Shown piece by piece: positions 9,821-20,920 of a stretch of DNA of 64,000 bases. Origin of the DNA: an uncultured Acidobacteriota bacterium (lineage in GTDB: Bacteria; Acidobacteriota; Terriglobia; UBA7540); contig CAWDSK010000005.1 of NCBI GenBank assembly GCA_963804995.1, forward strand, positions 992,001 to 1,056,000. The letters are read 5' to 3'. The notes under the pieces are model-generated. The model saw only the letters and a program-made list of their open reading frames with translations, made no database searches and was not told where the DNA came from. How positions within the stretch are numbered: position 1 is the stretch's first letter; every line of letters starts with the position of its first letter. A program made the position numbers and the translations under genes.

Positions 9821-12469
9821 CTACGGTTTTGCCACGCGGAACGTATACTCACCGGAAGCGACCTCAAACACCTGCGCCGACCTTTCCGCGCGCAGAAAGC
9901 GGACGCCCTCCGCTCGCGAAATCGGTTTGCCGCTTTCGGTAACACTTTCGAGCGAGTGTGCGGGCAGGAAAACCGTGGCTGTAGCATTCGCGGGAATCTT
10001 AACTGTCAACTCAAAGCCCGAGTCATCTTTCTTCCAACTGCTCTCCACGCGGCCTCGAACCGTATCGTGCCAGGCCTTGACCCAGGTGAGATCGCCCACC
10101 GGCTGCGGCCGGATTGTGATGTTGTTGTAATCCGTTTCAATGCCTGCCAGGCCCGCATAAAACCACTCTTCGATGTGACCCAGCATGCAGTGGTTTTGGG
10201 AGGATTCGGGATCGGCATCCCAGGCCTCGGTGAGCGAAGTGGCGCCCTTTTCAAGTTGCGCCCCGTAACTGGGAGGGTTGGTGCGATTGGTCATGGCGAA
10301 GAGCACGTCGGATCGCCCCGCATCCATCAAGGCGCGCACCAGGTAGTGATATCCCACATCGCCCGCGGTTTGCTGATCGCCCCGGCGCACCACGTCGTCA
10401 ACCAGGTGGGTCGCGACACCCGGACGATCGGCGCGCGGGCAAAGGTCGTTGACCAGCGGCATGGCTTGCGCCGTCTGGCTGCCCGAGGCGTATTGGCCCG
10501 TCTTCGCATCGAAAAACGCATGGTTGAATGCCGCTTTGACCACGCTCGCCAGCGCCGCATAGCGAATCGCCTCCGCCTCGTGCCCCAACACGTGGTTTGC
10601 CTCCGCCACCACGTGTATATCCTCGTAATACGTGGCGGTCGCGGTTACCCCGAGCGGCGTCAGCTTCGAAACTCCCGGCCGGCCCGGACCGATGTCGTAC
10701 CAATCCCCCAGGCCGTAGGAGATGATGTGGTCGTGCGCTTTGCTCCCCAGGTAATCGACGTAATGCTCCATGGCGGGCAGGCTCTCCTCCAGTATCCGCC
10801 GGTCACCATTCTGCTGGTACGACCACCAGGGAACCATCACCATGGCGCTGCCCCACTCGGGAGAATCGCGAAACCCCTCCGAGTGAATCGAATACTCCGG
10901 CGCGATGTCGGGAATCAGGCCTTCCAGGGTTTGCGAATCCCGCATGTCACGGGCAATTTTCGGAAAGTAAGAGGAGAGATCGAAATCGAACCCGATGCCG
11001 GACGCCATCAGGTAGGGCACTTCCAGCCAGCCGAGCTTCTCGCGATGCGGGCAGTCCGTCACCACGCTTTGCAGGTTGCCGAGCACCGCCATGATGATCA
11101 GTTTATGTATACGATTAAAGAGAGTATTCGAACAGATAAACTCTCCGGCCTGCGGCGCTGAGGAGTGTAGGAACTGGCCCTCCAGATTCGTCACCTCCGC
11201 GTCGCCCTCCACCTGCACGTAGCGGAAGCCGTAATAGGAAAAATGCGGGTGCCAGGTCTCCGCCTCGCCACCCTTGAGCGTGTAGGTGAAGTACGTGGGG
11301 CCGCCCGAACTCCGCTGGCTGACCAAGCCCTTGTCATCGAGTAATTCGCCCGGCGTCATCCGCACCTCGGCTCCGGCTTTGCCCCACACCGTGATCTGCG
11401 GCCAGCCGGAAAAATTCTGCCCCAGGTCGTAGACGTGAATGCCGGGCGCGGGTTCGGTCACCTTTACGGTGGGGAAGACCTGCATCACTTTGATGGGCGG
11501 CTGCGCCTGCGAAATCAGGCTTTCACTTGGTTCGCCAACATCGTCAACTCCCTCCCAACCCTTTTCTGAAAAGCCCGGCTCGGCCCAACCCGGTTGCTCG
11601 TCGCGCGCGTCATAATCCTCGCCGCCATAGATGCAGGAAAAATGCGTGGCGCTGGGCGCGACTTTCCAACGATGGTCTGAAACCACCGTTTGCGTGGAGC
11701 CGTCGGCGTATTCAATCCGCAGATGCAGAATGAATTTCGGCCGCCCAAAACTGCCGACGAACTTCACATAGCGCCCGCCCGCCACGTTGTACATGCCGTT
11801 GCCAAGCTCGACCCCGACGGCATTCGAGCCCTGGCGCAGAAAATCGCTGACATCATACGTGGCGTATAAAGTGGTGCGCCGGTAATTCGTCCAGCCGGGT
11901 TCAAGAACGTGGTCCCCCACCCGCTTGCCGTTCAGGTAAAGCTCAAAAAATCCGAGCCCGGAGATGTACGCCGTCGCGCGGCGCACCTCGTGGGACACGT
12001 CGAACTCCCGCCGGAAGATCGGCAGCGGCCCGGAGTTGATCGAGGTGCGTTCCCAGGTGATCCACTGGCTGTGACCCCAGTCCTCCGGCGTCAAAATGCC
12101 CATCGACCATGTCCCAGATGTACTCCATGCAGGGGCTAAGCGGCCCTTGTCCCACGTTCGGACCTTCCAAAAGCAGCGCTGGTGGGAAATTAGCGGTTTG
12201 CCACCATAAGCGATATTCGCGGTCTCGTGACTTGGAACTTTGCCGCTATCCCACAAGTCACCCTTGTCGCTGTCCAGCAGCGCGCGCGAGGTCGCAACCA
12301 GAATCTGGTAAGCCGTAACGGACTCCGCCCGCCCCGCGGACTCAAGAGTCCAACTGAGACGCGGCCGCGCCGCATCAATCCCGTCAGGATCAACTCGATA
12401 CTCGCAGCGCAGGTTTGTGGGTGTGATACCCGATGTTGCCATGAGTGCTAAAAGGAATAGAGTGGTCAT
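9821..12469 (-). CDS. Alpha-L-rhamnosidase (GH78)
   Basis: NLRCEY, GLGFFELYLNG, YDLGQNFSG, TDCPHREKLGW, SLTEAWD, SQNHCMLG. Confidence 0.9.
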   Translation of the reverse strand: MTTLFLLALMATSGITPTNLRCEYRVDPDGIDAARPRLSWTLESAGRAESVTAYQILVATSRALLDSDKGDLWDSGKVPSHETANIAYGGKPLISHQRCFWKVRTWDKGRLAPAWSTSGTWSMGILTPEDWGHSQWITWERTSINSGPLPIFRREFDVSHEVRRATAYISGLGFFELYLNGKRVGDHVLEPGWTNYRRTTLYATYDVSDFLRQGSNAVGVELGNGMYNVAGGRYVKFVGSFGRPKFILHLRIEYADGSTQTVVSDHRWKVAPSATHFSCIYGGEDYDARDEQPGWAEPGFSEKGWEGVDDVGEPSESLISQAQPPIKVMQVFPTVKVTEPAPGIHVYDLGQNFSGWPQITVWGKAGAEVRMTPGELLDDKGLVSQRSSGGPTYFTYTLKGGEAETWHPHFSYYGFRYVQVEGDAEVTNLEGQFLHSSAPQAGEFICSNTLFNRIHKLIIMAVLGNLQSVVTDCPHREKLGWLEVPYLMASGIGFDFDLSSYFPKIARDMRDSQTLEGLIPDIAPEYSIHSEGFRDSPEWGSAMVMVPWWSYQQNGDRRILEESLPAMEHYVDYLGSKAHDHIISYGLGDWYDIGPGRPGVSKLTPLGVTATATYYEDIHVVAEANHVLGHEAEAIRYAALASVVKAAFNHAFFDAKTGQYASGSQTAQAMPLVNDLCPRADRPGVATHLVDDVVRRGDQQTAGDVGYHYLVRALMDAGRSDVLFAMTNRTNPPSYGAQLEKGATSLTEAWDADPESSQNHCMLGHIEEWFYAGLAGIETDYNNITIRPQPVGDLTWVKAWHDTVRGRVESSWKKDDSGFELTVKIPANATATVFLPAHSLESVTESGKPISRAEGVRFLRAERSAQVFEVASGEYTFRVAKP

Positions 12470-12598
12470 GGAATTTCTTTCCCCAGCGGCCACGAGCGCC
12501 GGGTTCGCACGTTGGCATGGCTGCTGGATTTGCCGGTGGAGGACACTTCCACTTCGAAGGACCGCTGGCGTGATCTGCTGCGCACTTGCGCGCCACAC

Positions 12599-13606
12599 CT
12601 ACCGGAACTTCTTCATGTACTCCAAGAACGACCTGGCGACGCGGTCCAGGTTTTCAATGGAACCTCCGCCCTCGGTCACCGCGCAGATTTCGTAGGCAAC
12701 GTAGCCCTGAAATCCAATCTCTTTCAGGGCATTAAAGAAACTGTCGTAGTCGATCAGGCCCGGGCCCATCGGGATCTCCATGTTCACCGAGGGGAGTCTC
12801 TGGTAATCCACGACATCGGGCAGCATGTGGAAGCGGGGCACGCTGATGTACTGGGCGGCCGTGGTATGGACGATGAAAGGCTTCAGCTTGAGCACACCCT
12901 GGCGCATTTCCGCCGGCGTGTATCCCTGCGCGGCGGGGCTCCAGGCGTCCCAAGCCGCCATGACATTGGGGAGATTCACATCCTTCAAGAGCCAGTACAT
13001 GCCCTCGGCGCTGACCGCCAGATCGTGGTGGTTTTGCACCGCCAGGGTGACACCATAGCGCGCCGCCTGCTGGCCGCCCAGGCGCAACCCTTGCAGGACC
13101 GCGTTGTATTGCTGGTCGTAAGGAATGCCCTCGCGGTCAAAGCCGGTGAAGACGCGCACCATGTTCGTGCCCAGGTCATGCGCCAGGCGCGCCACTTCTC
13201 CCAAATAGGTGGCTTGAATTTCCACGTGCGGAATTCCGGGCTCATCCATCCCCGCGGAAAAATCGGTGTAGGCCGCCAGAGCGACGAGTTTCAGCCCAAG
13301 TTGGTCGATCCTCGCGCGGAGCCGCTGACGCGCCTCCTCATCATAATCGAGCGGTGACAAGTGCGGCCGTTTGCACATGATTTCGACACCGTCGTAACCA
13401 AGCTCCTTGGCTTTGACCAGGAATTGGTCCACGGTTAAAACCGTCTGACCGCGCCAGGCTCCGGAATAGCTGACTGAGTGCAAGCAAGTCCTGACTTTGA
13501 AATCCTTGGGATTGCCGGTGGGAAGTTCTTGCGCCTGCACTGCTAAAACGCAAGCTGCACCGGTCAGGAACAAACTCACCAAGATTTTCCACATGGTTCT
13601 TCGCAC
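12599..13606 (-). CDS. Sugar phosphate isomerase/epimerase family protein, secreted
   Basis: GTG start after AGGAGGAG, signal peptide, GYDGVEI, AVQNHHD, AWDAW, YVAYEIC. Confidence 0.8.
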   Translation of the reverse strand: MRRTMWKILVSLFLTGAACVLAVQAQELPTGNPKDFKVRTCLHSVSYSGAWRGQTVLTVDQFLVKAKELGYDGVEIMCKRPHLSPLDYDEEARQRLRARIDQLGLKLVALAAYTDFSAGMDEPGIPHVEIQATYLGEVARLAHDLGTNMVRVFTGFDREGIPYDQQYNAVLQGLRLGGQQAARYGVTLAVQNHHDLAVSAEGMYWLLKDVNLPNVMAAWDAWSPAAQGYTPAEMRQGVLKLKPFIVHTTAAQYISVPRFHMLPDVVDYQRLPSVNMEIPMGPGLIDYDSFFNALKEIGFQGYVAYEICAVTEGGGSIENLDRVARSFLEYMKKFR

Positions 13607-13896
13607 GCTAGACTCCTCCTTATTTGGGGCTCCCGCGGCGTCGCGACAAAGTCCCTGAGCTTTCCGCGACCCTTGAGTTTCCGCGCTGCCCGCGAGAATT
13701 TTCCCGCTATCTAATATAGCCCTGTCCTCAGCGGCCGGCAGAGCTTCAGCACAGAAGCCGCTGAGAGGCACTGTACCCTTATGTATTGGCGCTTAAAGGG
13801 TAGTGAGGCTTTGTAACCCCTTGTAAAGTTAAACGTGAACAACCACGCCAAAGTGAAAACAACTTCGCCGCTTTTGCGTAGCGCGACAATCCGAAA

Positions 13897-15132
13897 TCAA
13901 ACAATATCTTCGGTCTTGGGATCCCAAGTCACCGTGCGTTTCTGGTGATACGAGGAAATCGCCATCTGGCACGCGATGGCCGAGTTGTAACCAATTTCAA
14001 AGGGGCAATTAAGTTTCTGGCGGCTGCGCACGCAGTCAAAAAAGTTCTGCATGTGTTGATCAGTAGCCTCGTAGTAACCGTGCTCCTGGCCTCCTTGCGG
14101 CGGCACCGAGGAGAGCGTTTCGACGCCCCGGCCCTTGCCACCTTCGGGCAGGTAGCGCACCTGATCGCCCTCATTCCGTGCGATCATGCCTTTCGTGCCC
14201 AGCAGCATGTCATGACCTTCGCCGTAGAAATCATTCCCAAACATGGAATTCCATGTGAACAAGACATTCCCCTGCATCATCGATACGTCCATGATGTCAG
14301 GCACCTGCATCTTAGGGGAGAGAAGATTTGCTCCGGTCATGGTCACGCTGTCGGGAATCTTGAAGTCCATCAGCTTATACCAGAAGCCCACTTGGTGGAC
14401 CATGTTTTCATACACGTTGCTGCCATCGTAGTCCCAATAGAAGCGCCAATTGATGAGGCGTTGCGGGTCGAACGCATAGTGGGTCGCTTCGCCCTCAAAG
14501 CCCTTCCAATCGACGTGCTCGGCATCGCAATCCGGCGGAATAGGGCGCAGCCATCCGCCGTGATGGCGATTGCGGTAGTGGTGAGTGTGGAGAGCCGTAA
14601 TCGTGCCCATCTTCTCAGGAGTGAGCATTTCCTTAATCACGGTGAAGCCGGGCGCGCTGGTCACCTGGACGCCCACTTGTACCACCCGGTCGGATTTCTC
14701 GAATGCCCGGCGCATGCGGCGCGCGTGATCAGGATTGAACGCCATGGTCTTTTCCTGATAGACATCCTTCCCCGCCTCGAGGGCAGGAACAAACTGCAGG
14801 CAATGGATGTGCTGGGGCGAAGCGATCAGGACCGCGTCAATCGATTTGTCGTCGAGGATCTTGCGAAAATCCTGATAAGTATTGATATTCGGAACGATCG
14901 CTTTCACTTCGTCGAGGCGGCGAGTGTAAACATCCGCCACCGCAACCGCTTCGACATTGGGGCATTTAAGGGCCGCATGGAAGATTTCTTTGCCGCGACC
15001 GCCTCCCCCGATCAAAGCGAAGCGGATGCGATCATTGGCTCCCAAGACGCGGCCGGAGGGTAAGATTCCTGACGCAACCAAAGCGGCAGAGCCGCCTAGC
15101 GTCTGCTTAATAAAAGTACGGCGACTGAACAT
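13897..15132 (-). CDS. Gfo/Idh/MocA family oxidoreductase with Tat signal
   Basis: SRRTFIK, ANDRIRFALIGGGGRG, DVYQEKTM, NWRFYWDY. Confidence 0.9.
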   Translation of the reverse strand: MFSRRTFIKQTLGGSAALVASGILPSGRVLGANDRIRFALIGGGGRGKEIFHAALKCPNVEAVAVADVYTRRLDEVKAIVPNINTYQDFRKILDDKSIDAVLIASPQHIHCLQFVPALEAGKDVYQEKTMAFNPDHARRMRRAFEKSDRVVQVGVQVTSAPGFTVIKEMLTPEKMGTITALHTHHYRNRHHGGWLRPIPPDCDAEHVDWKGFEGEATHYAFDPQRLINWRFYWDYDGSNVYENMVHQVGFWYKLMDFKIPDSVTMTGANLLSPKMQVPDIMDVSMMQGNVLFTWNSMFGNDFYGEGHDMLLGTKGMIARNEGDQVRYLPEGGKGRGVETLSSVPPQGGQEHGYYEATDQHMQNFFDCVRSRQKLNCPFEIGYNSAIACQMAISSYHQKRTVTWDPKTEDIV

Positions 15133-15509
15133 GGAAACACTCCTTTTCTATAAAGAAAGAAAGTCAATCCCTTGGGATGATTGCTTTAATTTCACGTGGT
15201 CGTACTCGGCCGCCTGGAGACGTGGAGAAGGGCACAGCGCAAGGCGGCCACAGCGTTACACTTTGCTACCTATAAGTGATTTGAGCAAGTGATTTTTAGC
15301 TTGCCGGAAACGGTCTATGCCGGGGCATTGGAAAACTAAGGTGGAAGTCCGGTGAGATAAAGAACAGGGTTAAAGACTTAGGAAACCCCTGCGACGGCAC
15401 CCTTCCATACCTCATGGTTGACAAGAGGGTATGCAAGTACACACGGATGCTTAAGTGTTCATCGGAGGGATCGTAGCTCAGGGGTGAACTTTTACTCTTG
15501 AGCAATACT

Positions 15510-15629
15510 AATGTAGTGTATGGTAATTAACTGGACATCGTAGCGCCGGCATCTTGGCGGCATTTGCCGGCAGGATGATGGCGCTACGGCCAGCCCATTT
15601 GTCCAGCCATTTCCTGGACACTGCACTAG
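15510..15629. mobile_element. Short CTAG-terminated MITE-like element enclosing a GTAG hairpin
   Basis: Ends in TGTCCAGCCATTTCCTGGACACTGCACTAG. Nearly the same terminus occurs at 16314-16343. Confidence 0.5.
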
Positions 15630-16029
15630 ACACATTGTCATCCTGTTCTACCATTTATAATATTGTTGCTAACCGTATTTGTTTTCAATAACCTCTCAGC
15701 TTTGGCAAACAGAAATCCCTAGTTGACGCGCTTTGTTTTCAATATGTTCTCAGCTTTGGGCATTTTTGGCATCTAGCGACACATTGTCGACCAAGAATGA
15801 GCGGCTCAGATGGTGCGTTTTCGGTCTCATATTTACACTTCACTGCGGGGCCTCCCTACGATGCGCGCAAGTCTTTCCGACAGTCGGCGCAGCCGGATTA
15901 TACCAATCAGTCATGCTTAGTGTCAAGCTTTATTGTTGCAGGGGATGAACTGAGGGAAGTAGGGCCTCCACCTTCGCCGGGAACCCTGAAATTAGTCGCT
16001 CCGACGGCAAACTGCACCACTACCGCTAA

Positions 16030-16242
16030 CTAGTGTGGTGTCCCGTGTTAGAGTTGACAATGGGTAGAACCCCCTCACCCGTCTGGCCTCGGCTGATGAG
16101 AACGCCTCGGCCAGCCACCCTCTCCCCCAAAGGGGCGAGGGCAAGAAAATTAACTCTCCCCTCGGTCGCCGCGGCGACAGAGGGGTTGGGGGGTGAGGGG
16201 GTCGGACAGCCTTGTCAAATATTAACTGGGACACCACACGAG
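16030..16242. mobile_element. MITE-like element (IS630-like ends); inverted copy at 30625-30826
   Basis: Terminal IRs GTGTGGTGTCCC/GGGACACCACAC, internal CCCTCTCCCCCAAAGGGGCGAGGG palindrome, CTAG left boundary. Confidence 0.7.
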
Positions 16243-16962
16243 GTGCTGCCCTATTTGGGGCGTAGCACCGCCCTCTTGGTGGCGCAGAATGCCGGCCCTA
16301 CGGCCAACACAGTTGTCCAGCCATTTCCTGGACATTGCACTAGATAGAGAAGCTACCCTGCAGAGGTGGTGAACCGTGTGTCGGGCAGATGGGGCCAATA
16401 GTTTAACGCGTGGGCACGGTGCGTCACTCCGCAGCCTTACCAACCCAGAGGAAGGTCTTACCCGCAGAATGAATCACTAGTCCCCTTCAGGTCAAGAGCC
16501 GATGATCCTACAAGTCGAGTGCCTTGGGTATAGTCTCTGGCTTCTTCTGAGGCTTCCAGTTTCTAAATTCCGTAATAGTTTGTACTGAAAATCATATGGA
16601 GTTACCTCCCCCTACGGTAACCCCGTAGTTAACTTATTTGCTTGCAATAGCATAGAAATTTGATGAGTTTGGGGAGTGAGATGCACTGCCCCCTATCGGT
16701 CATCTCCTGTTCGACTAACACAGACCGGGCCTTCTGGATTTAATTCACGCGAAGAATGGGACAACATCCGACACAACATCTGCGGGGCATGCTGGCACAC
16801 CGGCTGTTGAGCCCAACGAGCAAACTCCTAAGAATGATTACATCGGCACGCTTCCCGTTCGAGAGAGGACGAAAAACGCCGGCCATCGCGTTCAGCTCTG
16901 GAAGTCTGTTTTCGTTTTCATGGGCAACCGTAATTGAAGACATCTTTAGCAGGAGGAATAGC

Positions 16963-19900
16963 ATGGAATTTTCAAATTCAAGCCGAGGTTTGAAGGTCCA
17001 GTCGCATCGGGCGCCAATGTGGACACTCATCGCCCTGGTTGCAACATTATTCCTGTCAGTGGCGGGATGGGCGCAGGACCAAGCCTCGATTACGGGTACG
17101 GTAACGGACACCTCAGGCGCCGTAGTTCCGGGAGTCAAGCTGACTGTTGCCAACCCCGACAAGGGGTTTACGCGCGAAACGAAGACCAATTCCACCGGAG
17201 ACTACACGATCACGCCCGTACCCATCGGCGATTACACGGTCACCGCGGAAGCCACGGGCTTCCAAAAATTGATTCGCTCCGGCATTACCTTGAGTGTGGG
17301 CCAGGCTATGCGGCTTGATCTACAACTCACGGTTGGGCAGACGACGCAGCAGGTCACCGTCACCGGCGACGTAGTGAAGGTTGACACGGAAAACGCCCGG
17401 GTTTCGGATGTGGTTAGCGGGACGCAAGTCGAGGACCTCAACCTGAACGGCCGGAACTATCAATCCCTTGCCATCCTCGTTCCAGGGGCGGCGGCCAGTA
17501 ACAGTTTCAACCCCATCGTGGTTGGTCACAATGCCCAAGCTACGGTTTCCTTCAATGGGGGCAGGACACAGCACAACAATTGGGAAATCGACGGTGGCAA
17601 CGACAATGACGAAAGCGGCGGCGGGGCCTCCCCCCAGGTTATACCCAACCTTGACGCCATCGCGGAGTTCCGCATCACCACGTCCAACTATGGAGCGGAC
17701 GTCGGCAAGCGCTCCGGCGCCACCATTGAAGTCGTTACCAAGTCCGGGACCAAAGATTTCCATGGCACCGCCTATGAATTTGTCCGCAACGACCACTTTG
17801 ATGCCAACGATTTTTTCGTGAACCGGCAGCCGTGGTCGAGCCTCGACCCCTCGGACTGCACCGGGGCGACTTGCAACGCTCCCAAGACGCCTTTGAAGCA
17901 GAACAATTTCGGCTTCAACCTCGGTGGCCCCTTCTACATTCCCGGCCATTACAACACCAGCAAGTCGAAGACCTTCTTCTTCTATTCCGAGAACTGGGTT
18001 AAGTATCGCAATGGCACGGTGTTGGGGACTGGAACCGCCGACGTGCCCAGCCTGCGCATGCGCCAGGGGGATTTCAGCGAGTGTGATCCGGCTAATGTCG
18101 CAAACTACAACCCCGTAGTGGCCTCCGGCTGTGTGGTCCCCACGAACCCCCTTACGGGCAACCCGTACCCGGGCGACATAGTTCCGATCGACCCGAACGC
18201 CCAGACCTTGCTCAATTCATTCGTCCCGCTGCCTAATAGCGGCCCGATTGGCTGGGTGGCCGCACACAGCGCGCCCACGAATTACCGGCAGGAAAGCATT
18301 CGCGTGGATCAGAATATCAACGACAAGACCACGCTCTTTTTCAGGTTCACGAATGACGCCTGGCAGCAGACGGTATATCCCTCTGAATACTCCTCGGCCG
18401 TCTTCGACTCCGCCGGGAGCATCTTCTCCGTTCCTGCCAAGAGCGCGGTATTGCACCTGACGCGTACTTTCAAGCCGACCCTGATGAATGAGTTCGTGGT
18501 AGCCTGGGGGAACGACCCGCACCACATCACCGGATTTGCCGGCCCCGGGTCTCCCTCCGGCTCCATCACCAAACCCTCCACCTGGACGGCTGGCCAGTTC
18601 TTCTCCGCCAATGCGAGTCAACCTTTCCTCCCGGGGGTCTCCGTAGGTGGTGGATTACCTTTCTCTTTTTATGAGGATGTCGAGTATGGGGTTTTCTACA
18701 ACAGCGTGCCCACTTGGACGGTGAAGGACAATCTGGCCTATGTGCATGGCAAACACAATCTGAGGATGGGTGTGTTCGTCATGCGGACCGCCATCAATTC
18801 CATGAACGGGATCGTAGCCCCGCAAGGTGAGTACTCATTTACGGGTGGGGGGCCTATCACCACGGGCAACGGGCTCGCCGACATGTATACGGGCCGAATC
18901 CAAAACTATACCGAAGGCACCTTCGTCGTGAATGGGCAAGCCGTAGGAACCTGGGGCTATGCGAAAGCCCGTCACCAGTCCTACGAACCGTATGTCCAGG
19001 ACGATTGGAAGGTCAGCCGGCGGCTAACGTTGAATCTCGGTGTCCGCCACTATCTGTACACCTCTGAACACGACATTCAGGTTCCCACGACGGATGCGGA
19101 TTTTTACCCCAACCTCTACGACCCAACGAAACAGGCTCAACTCAACATCAGCGGCAACATCATTCCCGGCTCGGGATACAACTACACGGGGTATGGAAAC
19201 GGGCTAGTCGAGTGCGGGACTAACGGGGTTGCCAAGGGGTGCCGCCATATTGGTCGCGACACCTGGTCACCCCGATTCGGATTTGCCTATGATCCGACGG
19301 GAAGCGGGAAGACCGCCATCCGTGGGGGCTACGGCCTCTTCTACGACATTGGCGCAGGGGAGGCCTCCCAAGAAGACGGGGAGGGCAACCCTCCATCGTA
19401 TTTTAACCCGAATGGTTATAACATTCTTGGATATGGCAACCTTACCCAGGCCCCCATCGCTCCGGTTCCGTTTGGCGCCTGGACGCCCAATGGACCGAAC
19501 ACCTCGGTCCAACAATACAACCTCACAGTCCAGCATGAGTTTCCGGGAAAGAACCTGCTGAGTGTTGCTTACGTGGGAAGTCAGGGGCGCCACTTGAGTC
19601 GCGCGCCCAACCTCAACCAGATTCCCGATGGTTCCACCACGGCCACCGTTCCCGCCCTGGAGGGGACGACGGGTTGCACGGTCTCCGGGGTTTGCGACGT
19701 TCAGTCCATCATGATTAACCAGCTTCAACCCAGTATCTACTTTGTCCCCTTCCGCGGGTACACCTCGATTACCTGGAATGAACTGGCGGCGTCCTCGCGC
19801 TATAACGCCTTGCAAGCGAATTTCCGGCACACGGTGGGCCACGGATTGACGGTCCAAATGGCCTACACCTACTCGAAGGCGATCGACAACGCCAGCGGCC

Positions 19901-20589
19901 CGGGTTACGACCAGGGGGTGGACGACACCAACAAGAACCGCTGGTTCAGCCAGAGCGACTTTAACCGTACCCACACCCTGGTGGCGAATTACATCTACAA
20001 CTTGCCGTTCTTCCAGAACTCCTCCAATCATTTTGCGAAGAGTGGATTGGGGGGGTGGCAGTTCAGTGGGATCTCGAGCTTTTGGAGCGGAACACCTGTA
20101 AACTTCGGTTGTTCGGAGAATGGATACAGCAATGGCGTGGGCCTGGGTATGCAGTGCAATTCGCTAGGCTCGCTCAAGATTCAGAAAGGCACGGTAACCG
20201 ATCCAACTTTTGGACCCGTAGCGACTTGGTATAACCCGTCGACGGTTGGTATGCCGCTGCTCTCTCAATTCAGCGCCAATGGGCAGCCGGGAATGTTCGG
20301 CTGTATGGGGCGAAATGCTTTGACGGGTCCCGGCCGCAACAATTGGGACCTGGCTCTATTGAAGAACTTCCAATTGCCCTGGGCGGGCGGCGAACACTCG
20401 AACCTGCAATTCCGCCTGGAAACCTTCAACACCTTCAATCATACCCAGTGGAAGTCCATCCGAACCGGATGCAGCGGGAATACAGACTTTGGGGCGGCGT
20501 GCTCCGGCGCGAACAATTTGAACCGCGGTGAGGTCACGGGCGCTTGGTCACCTCGGATCTTGCAGTTGGGTTTGAAGTTCATGTTCTAA
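16963..20589 (+). CDS. TonB-dependent receptor, Oar-like, with carboxypeptidase-regulatory-like N-terminal domain
   Basis: ITGTVTDTSGAVVPG, LNGRNY, AIAEFRITTSNY, TKSGTKDFHG, YVQDDWKVSRRLTLNLG, SPRFGFAYD, C-terminal PRILQLGLKFMF. RBS AGGAGG. Confidence 0.92.
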   Translation: MEFSNSSRGLKVQSHRAPMWTLIALVATLFLSVAGWAQDQASITGTVTDTSGAVVPGVKLTVANPDKGFTRETKTNSTGDYTITPVPIGDYTVTAEATGFQKLIRSGITLSVGQAMRLDLQLTVGQTTQQVTVTGDVVKVDTENARVSDVVSGTQVEDLNLNGRNYQSLAILVPGAAASNSFNPIVVGHNAQATVSFNGGRTQHNNWEIDGGNDNDESGGGASPQVIPNLDAIAEFRITTSNYGADVGKRSGATIEVVTKSGTKDFHGTAYEFVRNDHFDANDFFVNRQPWSSLDPSDCTGATCNAPKTPLKQNNFGFNLGGPFYIPGHYNTSKSKTFFFYSENWVKYRNGTVLGTGTADVPSLRMRQGDFSECDPANVANYNPVVASGCVVPTNPLTGNPYPGDIVPIDPNAQTLLNSFVPLPNSGPIGWVAAHSAPTNYRQESIRVDQNINDKTTLFFRFTNDAWQQTVYPSEYSSAVFDSAGSIFSVPAKSAVLHLTRTFKPTLMNEFVVAWGNDPHHITGFAGPGSPSGSITKPSTWTAGQFFSANASQPFLPGVSVGGGLPFSFYEDVEYGVFYNSVPTWTVKDNLAYVHGKHNLRMGVFVMRTAINSMNGIVAPQGEYSFTGGGPITTGNGLADMYTGRIQNYTEGTFVVNGQAVGTWGYAKARHQSYEPYVQDDWKVSRRLTLNLGVRHYLYTSEHDIQVPTTDADFYPNLYDPTKQAQLNISGNIIPGSGYNYTGYGNGLVECGTNGVAKGCRHIGRDTWSPRFGFAYDPTGSGKTAIRGGYGLFYDIGAGEASQEDGEGNPPSYFNPNGYNILGYGNLTQAPIAPVPFGAWTPNGPNTSVQQYNLTVQHEFPGKNLLSVAYVGSQGRHLSRAPNLNQIPDGSTTATVPALEGTTGCTVSGVCDVQSIMINQLQPSIYFVPFRGYTSITWNELAASSRYNALQANFRHTVGHGLTVQMAYTYSKAIDNASGPGYDQGVDDTNKNRWFSQSDFNRTHTLVANYIYNLPFFQNSSNHFAKSGLGGWQFSGISSFWSGTPVNFGCSENGYSNGVGLGMQCNSLGSLKIQKGTVTDPTFGPVATWYNPSTVGMPLLSQFSANGQPGMFGCMGRNALTGPGRNNWDLALLKNFQLPWAGGEHSNLQFRLETFNTFNHTQWKSIRTGCSGNTDFGAACSGANNLNRGEVTGAWSPRILQLGLKFMF

Positions 20590-20596
20590 GCCTATC

Positions 20597-20642
20597 TCTC
20601 CTGGGCGACCGCGATGTTGCGGTCGCCCGGGAGATTTGTTTC
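20597..20642 (+). terminator. Probable intrinsic terminator
   Basis: Stem TCTCCTGGGCGACCGC/GCGGTCGCCCGGGAGA followed by TTTGTTT, just after the stop codon. Confidence 0.65.
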
Positions 20643-20920
20643 TCCCACCGGATCCACTTCATCCTCCATTTCCTCACGCGTTTTGGACCAGCAGGTAGCC
20701 ACAGACAGTGCCTTTCTGTCCGTGGGCTTTTCCCTGATGCACAATCCCCGGTCAATTGTGGCTGGCACGACGGCGCTCACCCGGGGGTTCTTGAAGGCAT
20801 AAATACGTAGGGGTAATCTGCGGGCGTGTCAAACGTCCGTCGCCTACGCCACACCGACCGAATCTTCTTTCTTAGTGTGAACCTTCGTCCTCGCGGGTGG
20901 CGCATACGTCCCGGCGCTCT

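Noticed and set aside
9956..11161. Long antisense ORFs here and opposite most genes
   Set aside because: Shadow frames expected in GC-rich coding DNA.
15464..15510. tRNA-like start GGGATCGTAGCTCAGGGG
   Set aside because: No anticodon arm, T loop or complementary acceptor strand follows.
13770..16640. TACCCCT/AGGGGTA-like heptamers as LuxR/NarL boxes
   Set aside because: Too short and degenerate to distinguish from chance by eye.
15133..16750. Short ORFs in the large intergenic region
   Set aside because: No recognisable domains or RBS. Several are translations of repeats (e.g. PSPLWGRG).
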